Source of the DNA: a virus
Taxonomy: Duplodnaviria; Heunggongvirae; Uroviricota; Caudoviricetes
Reading direction: 5' to 3' (one strand)
IMG/VR virus record: IMGVR_UViG_3300038443_000757
Span: 20,614 to 84,613 of that record
DNA: 64,000 nt
A model generated the notes under the pieces. That model searched no databases. It saw only the letters and a program-made list of their open reading frames with translations, and was not told where the DNA came from. A program made the position numbers and the translations under genes. Of this stretch, positions 26,228 through 36,414 are shown piece after piece (position 1 is the first letter of the stretch; each line of letters opens with the position of its first letter).

Positions 26228-27340
26228 ATGAACGATTTGCAGAAAATTAAACAAAGGCTATACGAAGAAGATAAGATAGAAGAATTACTTACCAAGCTTG
26301 GCTGTCACGATATTAAATATGTTGGAGGAAGGTTTGAAGCAAGACTCCCTAACGGAAAAGATAAACGTTCAGTGCAAGTTTACAATCAAGAAAAGCTCTC
26401 TTCTGCAATAAGAACAAGAGGTGTTAGCGGAGAAGATATTTATTCAATTGTCAGTTACATTAAATTTGAATGCGAAACCGCACAAGCTCGTCAAGATAAT
26501 CTATCAAATGCAAAGATGTGGATTATTGAAGAGTTTGGGTATCATGACATTCTTGACAAACACAAGAACAGAAAAGACACAAAGGATTACAATAAATGGC
26601 TTAAGGATTTGAAGAAGAAACGTAAGAAGAAAAGAAAGATTCAAGATGTCAGGCCAAACACTGCTCTTGATGAATCCATAATCAAAAGCTACTTAATGAT
26701 TCCTTATACAGCTTGGGTTGAAGAGGGAATTGACTGTGACACTCAGGATGAATGGGAGATTGGATTTGACTGGCAATCTAAGCGCATCGTTACAATGGTT
26801 AGGAATATCAATGGAGAGCTTATTGGCGTTAAAGGCAGAACGCTGGACAAGAATTACAAGGAAAAAAATATTCCTAAATACATTTATGTTGAAAGAATGG
26901 ATAAGAGCATTGAGTTATTTGGTTTACACAAGACATTGCCTTTTATCTTAGATAAGAAAGAGTTGATATTGTTTGAAGGTTATAAGAGTGTATTCAAATC
27001 TTGGCAGTACAACTTTCGTAACTGTGCCAGCATTGAAGGTGATGACTTGTCCGATTTGCAAGTCAATCTCATTAAAAGCTTTGGATTAGATTGCTCTATT
27101 ATCCTATGTTACGACAAAGATAAAACTCCTGATGAAATCATAGAGCAAGCTAACAAGTTGACAAATAGGAAAGTTTATATTGTTTATGATTTTATGGACT
27201 GGTTAGAAGGGGAAAAATCTTCTCCTGTCGATGAAGGAGAATTTCTTTGGTCTGAATTGTATAGTGAAAAGATGTTATTAGAAGATTTCATTACTTGGAA
27301 TAATAAACAGAAAGATAAGAAAAAGAAAAAGGAGAGGTAA
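26228..27340 (+). CDS. DnaG-like primase (TOPRIM domain)
   Basis: TOPRIM-like LILFEGYKSV ... IILCYDKD acidic motifs. Follows the helicase, as primase genes usually do. Confidence 0.5.
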   Translation: MNDLQKIKQRLYEEDKIEELLTKLGCHDIKYVGGRFEARLPNGKDKRSVQVYNQEKLSSAIRTRGVSGEDIYSIVSYIKFECETAQARQDNLSNAKMWIIEEFGYHDILDKHKNRKDTKDYNKWLKDLKKKRKKKRKIQDVRPNTALDESIIKSYLMIPYTAWVEEGIDCDTQDEWEIGFDWQSKRIVTMVRNINGELIGVKGRTLDKNYKEKNIPKYIYVERMDKSIELFGLHKTLPFILDKKELILFEGYKSVFKSWQYNFRNCASIEGDDLSDLQVNLIKSFGLDCSIILCYDKDKTPDEIIEQANKLTNRKVYIVYDFMDWLEGEKSSPVDEGEFLWSELYSEKMLLEDFITWNNKQKDKKKKKER

Positions 27341-27342
27341 AC

Positions 27343-27585
27343 ATGGGCAACTATGAAAAGGCAGTTAAAATAGTTGAAAAACATGAAGCATTGACATTAG
27401 AATTAGATCAATTGTATGATAAAATTAATAATGAGAAGGAGTCAATTAATATTGATGAATTGAAGTTGCTACTCGATGGCATGACTCTGAGTGAAGGTAC
27501 TAAATTTTATCGTTCGTTACAAGATAGTGATTTGAAATTTGAGTTATTTTTATATATCAAATCCCGGTCTGAATCTACTAAATAA
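27343..27585 (+). CDS. hypothetical protein
   Basis: GGAGAGG RBS. Confidence 0.45.
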   Translation: MGNYEKAVKIVEKHEALTLELDQLYDKINNEKESINIDELKLLLDGMTLSEGTKFYRSLQDSDLKFELFLYIKSRSESTK

Positions 27586-27617
27586 TGCTTGACTTACCAT
27601 CAAGCATTTGATATACT
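27584..27617 (+). promoter_or_regulatory. class-B promoter AATGCTTGACTTA (TTGACT-17-TATACT) with 9-bp palindrome AATGCTTGA/TCAAGCATT spanning the -35
   Basis: -35 at 27589-94, -10 at 27612-17; inverted repeat at 27584-92 and 27600-08. Confidence 0.5.
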
Positions 27618-27662
27618 TATAAATGTCAGATAAAACAAATACAAATTATTGGAGGAAGTAAA

Positions 27663-27923
27663 ATGGCAAAATTTTATTCGACTGGTGTACAAAAGCAAGA
27701 CAAAAGTGAACGTTCGGTGGTAATTTATCTGGAATCAACTACGCGCCTTCTGGCAATCAAAGAAGCACGTGAAATTGCAAAGCAAGATAATGTAAAGCTT
27801 GATGCTCTTGAGGTTCACTTGGTTCAAGGAACTAATGTAGGCCGCCCAGAAATCATTCCTACTGTTCGTTTGAAAGATCGTATCAAAGCTCAACGTGCCG
27901 CTGAACTGAAACGTAAAAAATAA
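27663..27923 (+). CDS. basic small protein (possible nucleic-acid binding)
   Basis: GGAGGAAG RBS; K/R-rich C-terminus. Confidence 0.5.
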   Translation: MAKFYSTGVQKQDKSERSVVIYLESTTRLLAIKEAREIAKQDNVKLDALEVHLVQGTNVGRPEIIPTVRLKDRIKAQRAAELKRKK

Positions 27924-27945
27924 TAACAACTAGGATGTGACATGA

Positions 27946-28155
27946 ATGAAAGATAAAATTAAAGTAGACATTGTTACATTTGCTAAACACAGAGATTATC
28001 TTGGCTTTCATCTTTTCAGTTATGAGGAAGTTCAATTAAAAAACTACGAAGAATCAATGAATTGGGCTTCTTATTATGAGTGGGTTAAACCACCTGAAAA
28101 GCATCAACGAACTTATCAGATTTGGAAACAGTATCAAGAATATCTAAATAAATAA
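27946..28155 (+). CDS. hypothetical protein
   Basis: 69-aa ORF. Confidence 0.45.
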   Translation: MKDKIKVDIVTFAKHRDYLGFHLFSYEEVQLKNYEESMNWASYYEWVKPPEKHQRTYQIWKQYQEYLNK

Positions 28156-28168
28156 GGAGGAATTAAAA

Positions 28169-28375
28169 ATGAAAGTTGGAGATCGCGTAATTACTACAAA
28201 TGGTGACATTCCATTCTACACAATTGGCGCAGAAGGAGTCATTGTTGAAATTATTGATGGAATGGCTGATGTTGATTTTTATGGATGTAACACTGATTTA
28301 TATATGGTACAAGAAACTGAAGATGAAGAATATCATTCTTGGTTTGTGCCACTTGAAGATTTGAAATTAATTTAA
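28169..28375 (+). CDS. hypothetical protein (FKVGD-type module)
   Basis: MKVGDRVITTNGD N-terminus; AAGGAGG RBS. Confidence 0.45.
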   Translation: MKVGDRVITTNGDIPFYTIGAEGVIVEIIDGMADVDFYGCNTDLYMVQETEDEEYHSWFVPLEDLKLI

Positions 28376-28390
28376 AAGGAGCTTAACATC

Positions 28391-28645
28391 ATGAGTCGTA
28401 GAAATCCAAAGAGTCAAAGAAAAGTAGAAACACAAAAAGTGGAAGCAGAATCCAAACCCCTACCCTGTCAAGATATGACCAAATTTGTTGAGCAGTTGAA
28501 AGAAATTGAAACAACCAATAGTGGTAAAGCGCATAATGAAGCGGACGGAATTATTATGAATGCGCTGACTGAACTTGGATACGCAGAACTTGTTGAAGCT
28601 TGGCGTGAAGTATCTAAAAAATCAGGAGGTTTTCACTATGTCTGA
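28391..28645 (+). CDS. hypothetical protein
   Basis: AAAGGAG RBS. Confidence 0.45.
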   Translation: MSRRNPKSQRKVETQKVEAESKPLPCQDMTKFVEQLKEIETTNSGKAHNEADGIIMNALTELGYAELVEAWREVSKKSGGFHYV

Positions 28646-28988
28646 AATCAAACGTATTACTCCAGAAGAAGTTGTTCAAGCATTTGAAGATACTGGTCTT
28701 AAGCCGCATCAAGGCACATATTTTGGAGAACGTGATGATGCATATATCATTCCAGAAGGTGATAATTGCGCTTGTGCAATGGGTGCAATCTATTACAAGG
28801 AATTTGGAGTAAAGAGTAATGAGGCTCACGATTATTTTGTAAATAAATTCACTAGAAATTATCAACTTGGATTTGCCTGTGGTTTTGACAATAGCGATAA
28901 ATTGTTTGAAGGACAAGAACTATTTGATATTGGTTACGAAGATGGAGAAAACGCTCGTTTGACACTTGTAGCAAAAGGAATGATGTAA
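28638..28988 (+). CDS. hypothetical protein
   Basis: ATG after AGGAGG. The ORF-track start at 28575 overlaps the upstream gene. Confidence 0.45.
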   Translation: MSEIKRITPEEVVQAFEDTGLKPHQGTYFGERDDAYIIPEGDNCACAMGAIYYKEFGVKSNEAHDYFVNKFTRNYQLGFACGFDNSDKLFEGQELFDIGYEDGENARLTLVAKGMM

Positions 28989-28989
28989 T

Positions 28990-29250
28990 TTGACAACTCA
29001 TTATATCTACTTCTCTGAAGATGATCACTTTATTGGCGCAGGAAGTTGTGACGTGGAAAAAGAAGATTTATATAAAGAGATTTATAATGCAATTCAAAAA
29101 GATACTGATGGTGCAAGTTCATACTTGCACTTTGGTATCATAACTAGTACAAAAACAGATTTCTTGAAAGAAGCCAAACAACATGGTGATGTCGTAGCTT
29201 ATCTTAGAGGAATTATAAACCAAATTTATAACGATGGAGATGAAGAATAA
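28990..29250 (+). CDS. hypothetical protein
   Basis: TTG start after AAAGGAA. Confidence 0.4.
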   Translation: MTTHYIYFSEDDHFIGAGSCDVEKEDLYKEIYNAIQKDTDGASSYLHFGIITSTKTDFLKEAKQHGDVVAYLRGIINQIYNDGDEE

Positions 29251-29415
29251 ATGTTTTCGATCATACTTTTTGCACTTTTTGCTTTGCTAACGGTTTATAT
29301 TGCAAATAATGAATATAAAAAAGGAGAACAATTTAAGGCTGGAATGTGGTTTGGACTTTCTATATCTTTTGCTCTTAGTCTTGTCTTCGCTGTACTTGAT
29401 TTGATTGTAAATTAA
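29251..29415 (+). CDS. small membrane protein (54 aa)
   Basis: Not in the ORF track; two hydrophobic helices. Confidence 0.35.
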   Translation: MFSIILFALFALLTVYIANNEYKKGEQFKAGMWFGLSISFALSLVFAVLDLIVN

Positions 29416-29438
29416 AATAAATAAAGGTTGTGATTGTC

Positions 29439-31058
29439 ATGAAATGGGTTAAAAGAGAGGTTTCTATCAAACCCAATAAAAGTGACAACATCGTAGCCAA
29501 GCTTCTTAAGATTAGAGGAATTTCTGACCAAAAGCAATTCCTCAATCCAACATCAAAAGTCTTAAATGATCCTTGTCTGCTTGCAAATATTAAAGAAGCG
29601 GCAGACAAGATTGTTGAGGCTATTAAAAACAATAAAAAGATTGCTATTAGCTTTGACGTTGACGTTGACGGTGTAACCAGTGGTGCAATTATGTACAGGT
29701 ACTTAAAACCATTTACAGATAATTTGCATATTGTCTACCATCAACGCGAAGACGGACATGGAGTTGAAAACCAACAAGTTCCAGATGATACAGAATTGCT
29801 AATCATTCTTGATTCATCTACGAACTCAACAGAAGCTTGTAAAGAGTTGTCAGAAAAAGGTGTTGATATTGTTATTATAGATCACCATTCATTTGAGGAA
29901 GATAATCCTTATGCTCTAATTGTAAATCCTCAATTGGATAATTCTCCAAATAAAAGTTTGAGTGGTGCAGGAGTAACATATAAAGTTATTCAAATTATTG
30001 ACGATACGATTGGATCAGGTACAGTCGAAGATTATTTGGATTTAGTTGCAGTTGGTATGTACGCCGACATGATGGATGTATCAGTTCTTGAGAATAGATA
30101 TCTTATTACTCAAGGACTTAAGAATATCAAGAACACTGGTATTCTTGCCGTTCTTCAAATGAACGGAACTAATTTGAAAGATATTAATTCTCAGACAATT
30201 GGTTTTGGTATTGCTCCACTCATAAATGGAGTAGCACGTATGGGTAAGATTGAACTTGCTATAGATTTACTGATAACTGATGACATGCAAACATGTCTTG
30301 ACATAGCATCTGAAATGAAGCTTGTTAATGAACAGCGCAAAGATATTGAGAAGGAGTTGTACGAAAAATTTGTTGCAACAGTTAATCCTAACGATAAAGT
30401 TATCATATGTATTCATGATGTTGAAAGTAAGAGCTTTAATGGTCTTATTGCGAACAAAATAGCGCAGGAGTTTCAAAGGCCAACATTGGTCATGCGTGAT
30501 CATGGAGGCTCTTTGGCTGGCAGTTACAGGTCTTATAGCGGATTTCCAATGAGGGAGTTTCTTAATGATAAATCTATTAAAAAGTATACTCAGTATTCAG
30601 TAGGCCACGAATTCGCAGGAGGAATTGGCCTAAAATCTGTTAATCTTGAGAAGCTTAAAAAGGTTTTTAATGAGAAACTTGAAGGATATGAGTTTGAATC
30701 AAAGATTGTTTACGATCTTGAACTAGACGCTAATGACGTTACTCCTTCATTGATTAAAGATATAGAAAAGTTTGATTACCTGACTGGAGAGGGATTCCCA
30801 GTCGCTACCATTCTTGTCAAGGATTTATTTGTCGAAGAAAACCCTAAAGTCTTAGGTAAGACGAAAGAAACAGTTAAGATCAAGTGTGATGGCATTGACG
30901 TTATCAAGTTCAAAGTAGACGAAGATTGGGCTAATGATGTCGGAGTCCTTGATTCTATTGAAGTTATTGGACAATTGAAGTTGAATAATTGGCAGAACTG
31001 GAAGAAAGAGATAATTACCACGATGCAGATAGTTGCTGACGATTACAGGCTCGGTTAA
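29439..31058 (+). CDS. RecJ-like DHH-family ssDNA exonuclease
   Basis: DHH motif I ISFDVDVDGVTSG and motif III DIVIIDHH; DHHA1-like C-terminal half. Confidence 0.75.
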   Translation: MKWVKREVSIKPNKSDNIVAKLLKIRGISDQKQFLNPTSKVLNDPCLLANIKEAADKIVEAIKNNKKIAISFDVDVDGVTSGAIMYRYLKPFTDNLHIVYHQREDGHGVENQQVPDDTELLIILDSSTNSTEACKELSEKGVDIVIIDHHSFEEDNPYALIVNPQLDNSPNKSLSGAGVTYKVIQIIDDTIGSGTVEDYLDLVAVGMYADMMDVSVLENRYLITQGLKNIKNTGILAVLQMNGTNLKDINSQTIGFGIAPLINGVARMGKIELAIDLLITDDMQTCLDIASEMKLVNEQRKDIEKELYEKFVATVNPNDKVIICIHDVESKSFNGLIANKIAQEFQRPTLVMRDHGGSLAGSYRSYSGFPMREFLNDKSIKKYTQYSVGHEFAGGIGLKSVNLEKLKKVFNEKLEGYEFESKIVYDLELDANDVTPSLIKDIEKFDYLTGEGFPVATILVKDLFVEENPKVLGKTKETVKIKCDGIDVIKFKVDEDWANDVGVLDSIEVIGQLKLNNWQNWKKEIITTMQIVADDYRLG

Positions 31059-31075
31059 AACTTTGAAAATACTTG

Positions 31076-31104
31076 TTGACAAGTAAAAGAATAAATGATA
31101 GAAT
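31076..31104 (+). promoter_or_regulatory. class-A phage promoter (TTGACA-ag-TAAAAGAATAAATG-a-TAGAAT)
   Basis: Spacer box conserved. Confidence 0.55.
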
Positions 31105-31151
31105 AATACTTGTAGATGAGGAAAACAAATAAAACAATGGGAGATGTTGAA

Positions 31152-31439
31152 ATGTCAGTAATGAAAATTACTAGAATGGTTCAGCCAGATGTGGAATTGC
31201 CAGTAGAGAGAATTGAATTTTTTGATGAACTATATGAAGGCACACTTGTGGTTAGTCAAAATTATGGAACTCTTGCATCAGCAAAACGATTTTATCAAGA
31301 ATGCCCTAGTACCAAGGAAGGGATTGTATGTTTTAGGGCGACTGAGGATGATGAATCAGTTTTGATAGCTTTGACACTAGACGATACAAAACAACTTGCC
31401 AAGGCTCTTCAGTCAATGGTAGATTATATCGAATGTTAA
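31152..31439 (+). CDS. hypothetical protein
   Basis: Conserved GGGAGATGTTGAAATG initiation box. Confidence 0.45.
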   Translation: MSVMKITRMVQPDVELPVERIEFFDELYEGTLVVSQNYGTLASAKRFYQECPSTKEGIVCFRATEDDESVLIALTLDDTKQLAKALQSMVDYIEC

Positions 31440-31452
31440 GGAGTGTAATAAA

Positions 31453-31554
31453 ATGTTCTCACTTCTTGTAGGAATTATCTTAGTTCTTATAGGTGCTGGA
31501 TTGGTAGTTACAGCAATTTATAAGATGGCAAAAGTTTTTACAAAAAACAAATAA
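31453..31554 (+). CDS. small membrane protein (33 aa)
   Basis: AAGGAG RBS, single TM helix. Confidence 0.35.
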   Translation: MFSLLVGIILVLIGAGLVVTAIYKMAKVFTKNK

Positions 31555-31583
31555 AACAAAAACAAATCGGAGGAATTTAAACA

Positions 31584-32423
31584 ATGAACGCAAAAGTAAT
31601 TGGAGCAATTGGTGCAGTAGTAGTATTTGGTGGAATTATCCTTGGTGCAATGTCATTCACGTCGATTGGTGCTGGTCATGCTGGTGTAGTTTGGAGTCGT
31701 AATGGTGGAATTGAAGATAAGCCGCTAGGTCAAGGTTGGCACTTTGTAAACCCACTGGTACATGTTACTGAATATCCTGTAGCAACAGAAACTGTTCAGT
31801 ATGAAGACATTCGTTTGGGAACGAGTGATGGAAAGCCAATTCAGACTACAATCTCTTACAGCTATCACATTGAACTCGACAAGCTTCCACAGGTGTTCAA
31901 TAAGTTTCGTGGTCAAGGTACTGGAGTAATTGAACAAGGATTTTTGAAACAGCGTTTGATTGAAGCGGCTAAAGATGTGACTACGAAATACTCTGTACTT
32001 GAGGTTCTTGGTGAAAAGTCTCAGGAAGTATCTCTTGCAATCCAAAAAGGGTTTGCTGAAGATGCTAAAGTTGTAGCGGCTGGATTCGTTATTGAATCTG
32101 TAACATTCCAAACGCCTACTCCTGACGATCAAACACAAAAGGCTATTCAAGCAAAAGTTGATGCAGAGCAAAAGCTTGAACAAGAAAAGATTAACCTTGA
32201 AAAAGAAAAAATCATGGCTGATCAAAAGCGTGTAACTGCTCAAGGTGAAGCTGACTCTGCTCTGATTGTCGCTCAAGGTCAAGCTAAGGCAAATGCACTG
32301 TTGAATCAATCCCTTACCGACAAAGTTATCCAGAATAAAACTATCGATAAATGGGATGGTAAATTGCCTGCTGTAAGTGGAAGCAATTCGATGGTTCAAG
32401 TTCCTCTACCTAACTCCAAGTAA
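31584..32423 (+). CDS. SPFH/band-7 (prohibitin/HflC-like) membrane protein
   Basis: N-terminal TM followed by an SPFH core (GHAGVVWSR...DIRLGTSDGKPIQT...) and a coiled-coil tail. Confidence 0.7.
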   Translation: MNAKVIGAIGAVVVFGGIILGAMSFTSIGAGHAGVVWSRNGGIEDKPLGQGWHFVNPLVHVTEYPVATETVQYEDIRLGTSDGKPIQTTISYSYHIELDKLPQVFNKFRGQGTGVIEQGFLKQRLIEAAKDVTTKYSVLEVLGEKSQEVSLAIQKGFAEDAKVVAAGFVIESVTFQTPTPDDQTQKAIQAKVDAEQKLEQEKINLEKEKIMADQKRVTAQGEADSALIVAQGQAKANALLNQSLTDKVIQNKTIDKWDGKLPAVSGSNSMVQVPLPNSK

Positions 32424-32579
32424 TTGCATCTTTGACAAGAGGATATAAGTGTGATATAATATAAGTTACCATTAGAGAATATGGTATTCTTATAAACGTG
32501 TCATCTCCAAAGTGAGGTGGCACGTTTATTCATCTTATAGTACATATTACACAAATGACAAGAAGGGAATGGATTGACA

Positions 32580-34853
32580 ATGGAAGTTATCAAGAGAAGT
32601 GGTCAGAAAGAATCTTTCAATTTCGATAAAATTATGAAGGTTCTAAAATACGCAATTCAAGATGAGGATATGTATAATGAATTTGCAGATGATTTGCAAA
32701 TGAATGTTAAAAAAGATATGACTACTACGGAGATTCAGAATATCTTAATTAAAATTGCCGCAGAAAAAACTAGTGTTGAAAATACCAAATGGCAATTTGT
32801 AGCATCTAGACTATTGGCATATAATTTATATAAAGAAGCTAGTCGTAATAGAGGGCATAAAAAGAAATTTGGTTATCATGGATATCCCAAAATGGTCAAA
32901 GAACTTGTTGCAAGCGGCTTATATGGTTCATACATGACAAAATCTTACACTCACTCTGAGTTAGAAGAATTGGGTAAATATATTAAACCTGAACGTGATG
33001 AGCTTTTAAACTATGGTGGAATTGATATGCTTTATCAAAAATACTTGGTCAAAAGTAGAAAAGGTGATGTCATTGAACTTCCACAAGAACGCTTCATGGC
33101 TGTTGCAATGACTCTGGCTACTGTTGAGAAGAAGGGTGAACGTGTATACTGGGCTAAAAAGTTCTATGATGTAATTTCCAAGCTTGACGTTATGGTAGCT
33201 ACACCAACACTTTTGAATGCTGGTAGACCGCTTACACAAATGAGTAGTTGTTTCATTCTTACAGCAGGAGATAATCTTTGGAGTATTAAAGATGTTGATC
33301 AAAATGCCGCACAACTTTCTAAATACTCTGGTGGTATTGGAATTTATGTGGGCAAAATCAGAAGTCGAGGGGCTAAAATTCAAGGTATCAAAGGCTTAAG
33401 CAATGGTATCATTCCTTGGTTGAAAGGATATGGAATTACAGCTAAATCTGTTGACCAACTTGGTTCTCGTAGTGGTGCAATCGCTGTTTATGTTGATTGC
33501 TGGCATCCAGACATTTTTGAAGTTCTTGGTATGAGTAAACCAAATGGTGATGAGAGAACACGTGTTCTTGACTTGTTCCCTGCAATGTGTGCATCTGATT
33601 ACTTTATGGAACAAGTAAGAGCGCGTGGCAAATGGTGGCTTATTGATCCTCACGAAGTATATGACAAGAGGGGTTATTATCTTGCTGACTTCTACGGAGA
33701 AGAGTGGACTGAAATTTATAAATCTCTTGTTGAAGACGAGACAATTGAAAAAACAGAAGTTAACGCAATTGATGTAATGCGAAAATTCCTTGAGAGCGCT
33801 TCAGAAACTGGTAAGCCATTCATGTTCTATCGTGATACAGTAAACAAAATGAATCCCAATAAACATGCTGGAATGATTTATTCATCCAATCTATGCACAG
33901 AGATTAAACAAAATATGAGTGAGACTACATTTGATGAGCAATATGTTGATAGACATGGTAAATTGCATACGGTTAAAAATGTTGGTGATACAGTAGTTTG
34001 TAATCTATCTTCTTTTAACATGGACAGAGCAAATCATCTGACAGAAGAAGAATTTGAAGAAACATTATATCTACAAATGCGTATGCTTGACAATGTTATT
34101 GATGTAAACTTCTATCCTATCAAAGAAGCAGAAGTGACGAATAAGAAATATCGTGCTGTTGGTGCTGGTATTATGAACTATCACGCTTACATGGCTAATA
34201 AGGGTATTGTTTGGGAATCTGAAGCACATATTGCAGAAGCAGACAGGTTCTTTGCAAAGTGGAATTACTATATCGTAAAAGCAAGTTATCTTTTGGCTCA
34301 AGAACGTGGAGCTTACTCTGTATTTGAAGGCTCTGACTATAATACTGGAGATTATTTCGTTATTCGTGGACTCTGTACACGTGATGAAGAAGGGAATTTG
34401 CAACCAGTCGAAGGCAATGAACACTGGTACGATCTTGCGGTTAATATTGTGGAAAATGGTGTACGTAACGGCTGGATGGAAGCGATTGCTCCAACTGCAA
34501 GCATTTCTGTAATCTCTGGAACAACGGCTGGAACTGACCCAATCTTCAGCAAATTCTTCTTTGAAGAAAAGAAGTATGGTATGATTCCGCAAGTTGCTCC
34601 TAATCTTAACGAAGACAATTTCTTTTACTATAAAGAAGCTAATACAATTAATCAAACTTACTCTATTAGAGCGCAAGGAGCTAGACAAAAGCATATTGAT
34701 CAAGGAAATTCTTTCAATCTTTATGTTAATCAAAATACGACTCCTAAAGAAATGCTTGACTTCTATGATCTTGCATGGCAAGAAGGTTTGAAATCTGTTT
34801 ACTACATGCGTACAAAGACACTAAGCGTTGAAGAGTGCTTGAGTTGCCAATAA
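32580..34853 (+). CDS. nrdA: ribonucleotide reductase class I large subunit (ATP-cone-containing)
   Basis: N-terminal VIKRSGQKESFNFDKI ATP-cone, ATPTLLNAGRP motif, NLCTEI active site, and YMRTK C-terminus. Confidence 0.9.
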   Translation: MEVIKRSGQKESFNFDKIMKVLKYAIQDEDMYNEFADDLQMNVKKDMTTTEIQNILIKIAAEKTSVENTKWQFVASRLLAYNLYKEASRNRGHKKKFGYHGYPKMVKELVASGLYGSYMTKSYTHSELEELGKYIKPERDELLNYGGIDMLYQKYLVKSRKGDVIELPQERFMAVAMTLATVEKKGERVYWAKKFYDVISKLDVMVATPTLLNAGRPLTQMSSCFILTAGDNLWSIKDVDQNAAQLSKYSGGIGIYVGKIRSRGAKIQGIKGLSNGIIPWLKGYGITAKSVDQLGSRSGAIAVYVDCWHPDIFEVLGMSKPNGDERTRVLDLFPAMCASDYFMEQVRARGKWWLIDPHEVYDKRGYYLADFYGEEWTEIYKSLVEDETIEKTEVNAIDVMRKFLESASETGKPFMFYRDTVNKMNPNKHAGMIYSSNLCTEIKQNMSETTFDEQYVDRHGKLHTVKNVGDTVVCNLSSFNMDRANHLTEEEFEETLYLQMRMLDNVIDVNFYPIKEAEVTNKKYRAVGAGIMNYHAYMANKGIVWESEAHIAEADRFFAKWNYYIVKASYLLAQERGAYSVFEGSDYNTGDYFVIRGLCTRDEEGNLQPVEGNEHWYDLAVNIVENGVRNGWMEAIAPTASISVISGTTAGTDPIFSKFFFEEKKYGMIPQVAPNLNEDNFFYYKEANTINQTYSIRAQGARQKHIDQGNSFNLYVNQNTTPKEMLDFYDLAWQEGLKSVYYMRTKTLSVEECLSCQ

Positions 34854-34947
34854 ACAATTTAAAAGTTTCGTGGTATCGTTTTTAATAATCTAAGAATAAA
34901 TAGTGTGGCGTTTAATAGCGCCACACTGACATAAAAGGAGAATGAAC

Positions 34948-35982
34948 ATGAATTTAGATAAAAAGAAACTATTTAATGAGAATGGTGATCGTGGCACAAA
35001 ACGTATGATTGGTGGCTCCACTACAAATATTCGTGAATGGAATCGTGCCAAATATCCTTGGGCTAATCAACTTAGAGTAGTTATGGAGAAAAACTTTTGG
35101 GTAGCTGATAACGTTTCTATGACTCAGGACAAGACTGACTTTAAAATGTTAAGTACTGCTGAACGTAGAGCATTTGACAAGTTTATTTCATTCCTCAATT
35201 TCCTTGATTCATTGCAATGTGAGAACCTTGACTTCCTTAAGTCTTATATCACAGCACCAGAAGTATCTAGTTTGCTTACACGACAAGCATTCCAAGAAGA
35301 GGTTCATGCCCAAAGTTATTCTGTTGTAATTGACACTGTTTGCGATTGGGAAACACAGGAGAAGATTTATGATGAGTGGCGTAACGATCCCCTTATGTTT
35401 GAGCGCAATAAGATGATTGCTGATCTGTATCAGAATTTCATTGATGATCCAACTGATGCAAACTTTGTCAAATCCTGTATGGCTAACTATTTACTTGAAG
35501 GAATCTATTTCTATTCTGCATTCACGTTCTTTTATTCTCTTGCTAGGAATAAGAAGATGATTAATACTGCTAGTATGATTAAAGAGATTCAAAAAGATGA
35601 GATTACTCATGTTGTTATGTTCGAAAACATTTTGAAAGAGCTTCAAAAAGAAAATCCTGAACTGTTTACTCCTGAGTTTATTGAAGAGTTGCGTGAAATG
35701 GCACGTACTGCTGTCAAATGGGAAGTTGCATTTGGATTCCATGTTATGAATGATGAAATTGACGGAATCACAAATGTACAACTTGAAGCGTACATTAAAT
35801 TCCTTGCAAACAATCGTATGAAGCGTATTGGATGGGAAGACTTGTATCCAGAAGTAGGACATAAGAATCCTATGAAATGGGTAGAGAGTTATGAAGATCA
35901 AAACAATACTAAACAGGACTACTTTCAAACGACTGTTACAAATTACCAGAAGACTCATGATAAAAATTGGGGAGACCTGTAA
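34948..35982 (+). CDS. nrdB: ribonucleotide reductase class I small subunit
   Basis: Di-iron/tyrosyl radical motifs (FQEEVHAQSYS, EGIYFYSAF, DEITHV). Confidence 0.9.
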   Translation: MNLDKKKLFNENGDRGTKRMIGGSTTNIREWNRAKYPWANQLRVVMEKNFWVADNVSMTQDKTDFKMLSTAERRAFDKFISFLNFLDSLQCENLDFLKSYITAPEVSSLLTRQAFQEEVHAQSYSVVIDTVCDWETQEKIYDEWRNDPLMFERNKMIADLYQNFIDDPTDANFVKSCMANYLLEGIYFYSAFTFFYSLARNKKMINTASMIKEIQKDEITHVVMFENILKELQKENPELFTPEFIEELREMARTAVKWEVAFGFHVMNDEIDGITNVQLEAYIKFLANNRMKRIGWEDLYPEVGHKNPMKWVESYEDQNNTKQDYFQTTVTNYQKTHDKNWGDL

Positions 35983-35994
35983 GGAGAGATTTAA

Positions 35995-36300
35995 ATGATT
36001 ATTAATATTAAAGATAAAGATGAATTTATGAAATTGAAAAAAGGCGAGACTATCGTTAAATTCGGTGCTCCGTGGTGTGGTCCATGTAAATCTGTTGATG
36101 GGTTACTGGATACACTTTCTTTGGATACTATTGCCAATATTCTGAAGGTTAATGTTGATGAAAATCCAGATATTGCAGGAGATTTTAAAATTATGTCTAT
36201 CCCTGTCGTAATTCTGTTTGATGCTGAAGGAAATGAAATAAGGCGATCAAATGGATTTAAGCCGGGAGAGCTTCAAGAAATTATCGATCTTACAAAATAA
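35995..36300 (+). CDS. trxA: thioredoxin
   Basis: APWCGPCK active site; about 100 aa. Confidence 0.8.
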   Translation: MIINIKDKDEFMKLKKGETIVKFGAPWCGPCKSVDGLLDTLSLDTIANILKVNVDENPDIAGDFKIMSIPVVILFDAEGNEIRRSNGFKPGELQEIIDLTK

Positions 36301-36303
36301 TCA

Positions 36304-36332
36304 TTGACAGATGCAAGAATAAATGATATAAT
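36304..36332 (+). promoter_or_regulatory. class-A phage promoter (TTGACA-ga-TGCAAGAATAAATG-a-TATAAT)
   Basis: Spacer box conserved. Confidence 0.6.
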
Positions 36333-36414
36333 AACTTATGTAATTGAGAAACAAAGAAAGCGCTTTCATAAGCTTATCTTATATAAACCACATACTAAAG
36401 GAGATGCATTTAAC

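Noticed and set aside
36304-36414. Long N-terminal extension of the dUTPase ORF starting at 36304
   Set aside because: The extension overlaps the class-A promoter itself. The ATG at 36415 follows GGAGATG and begins the conserved sequence.
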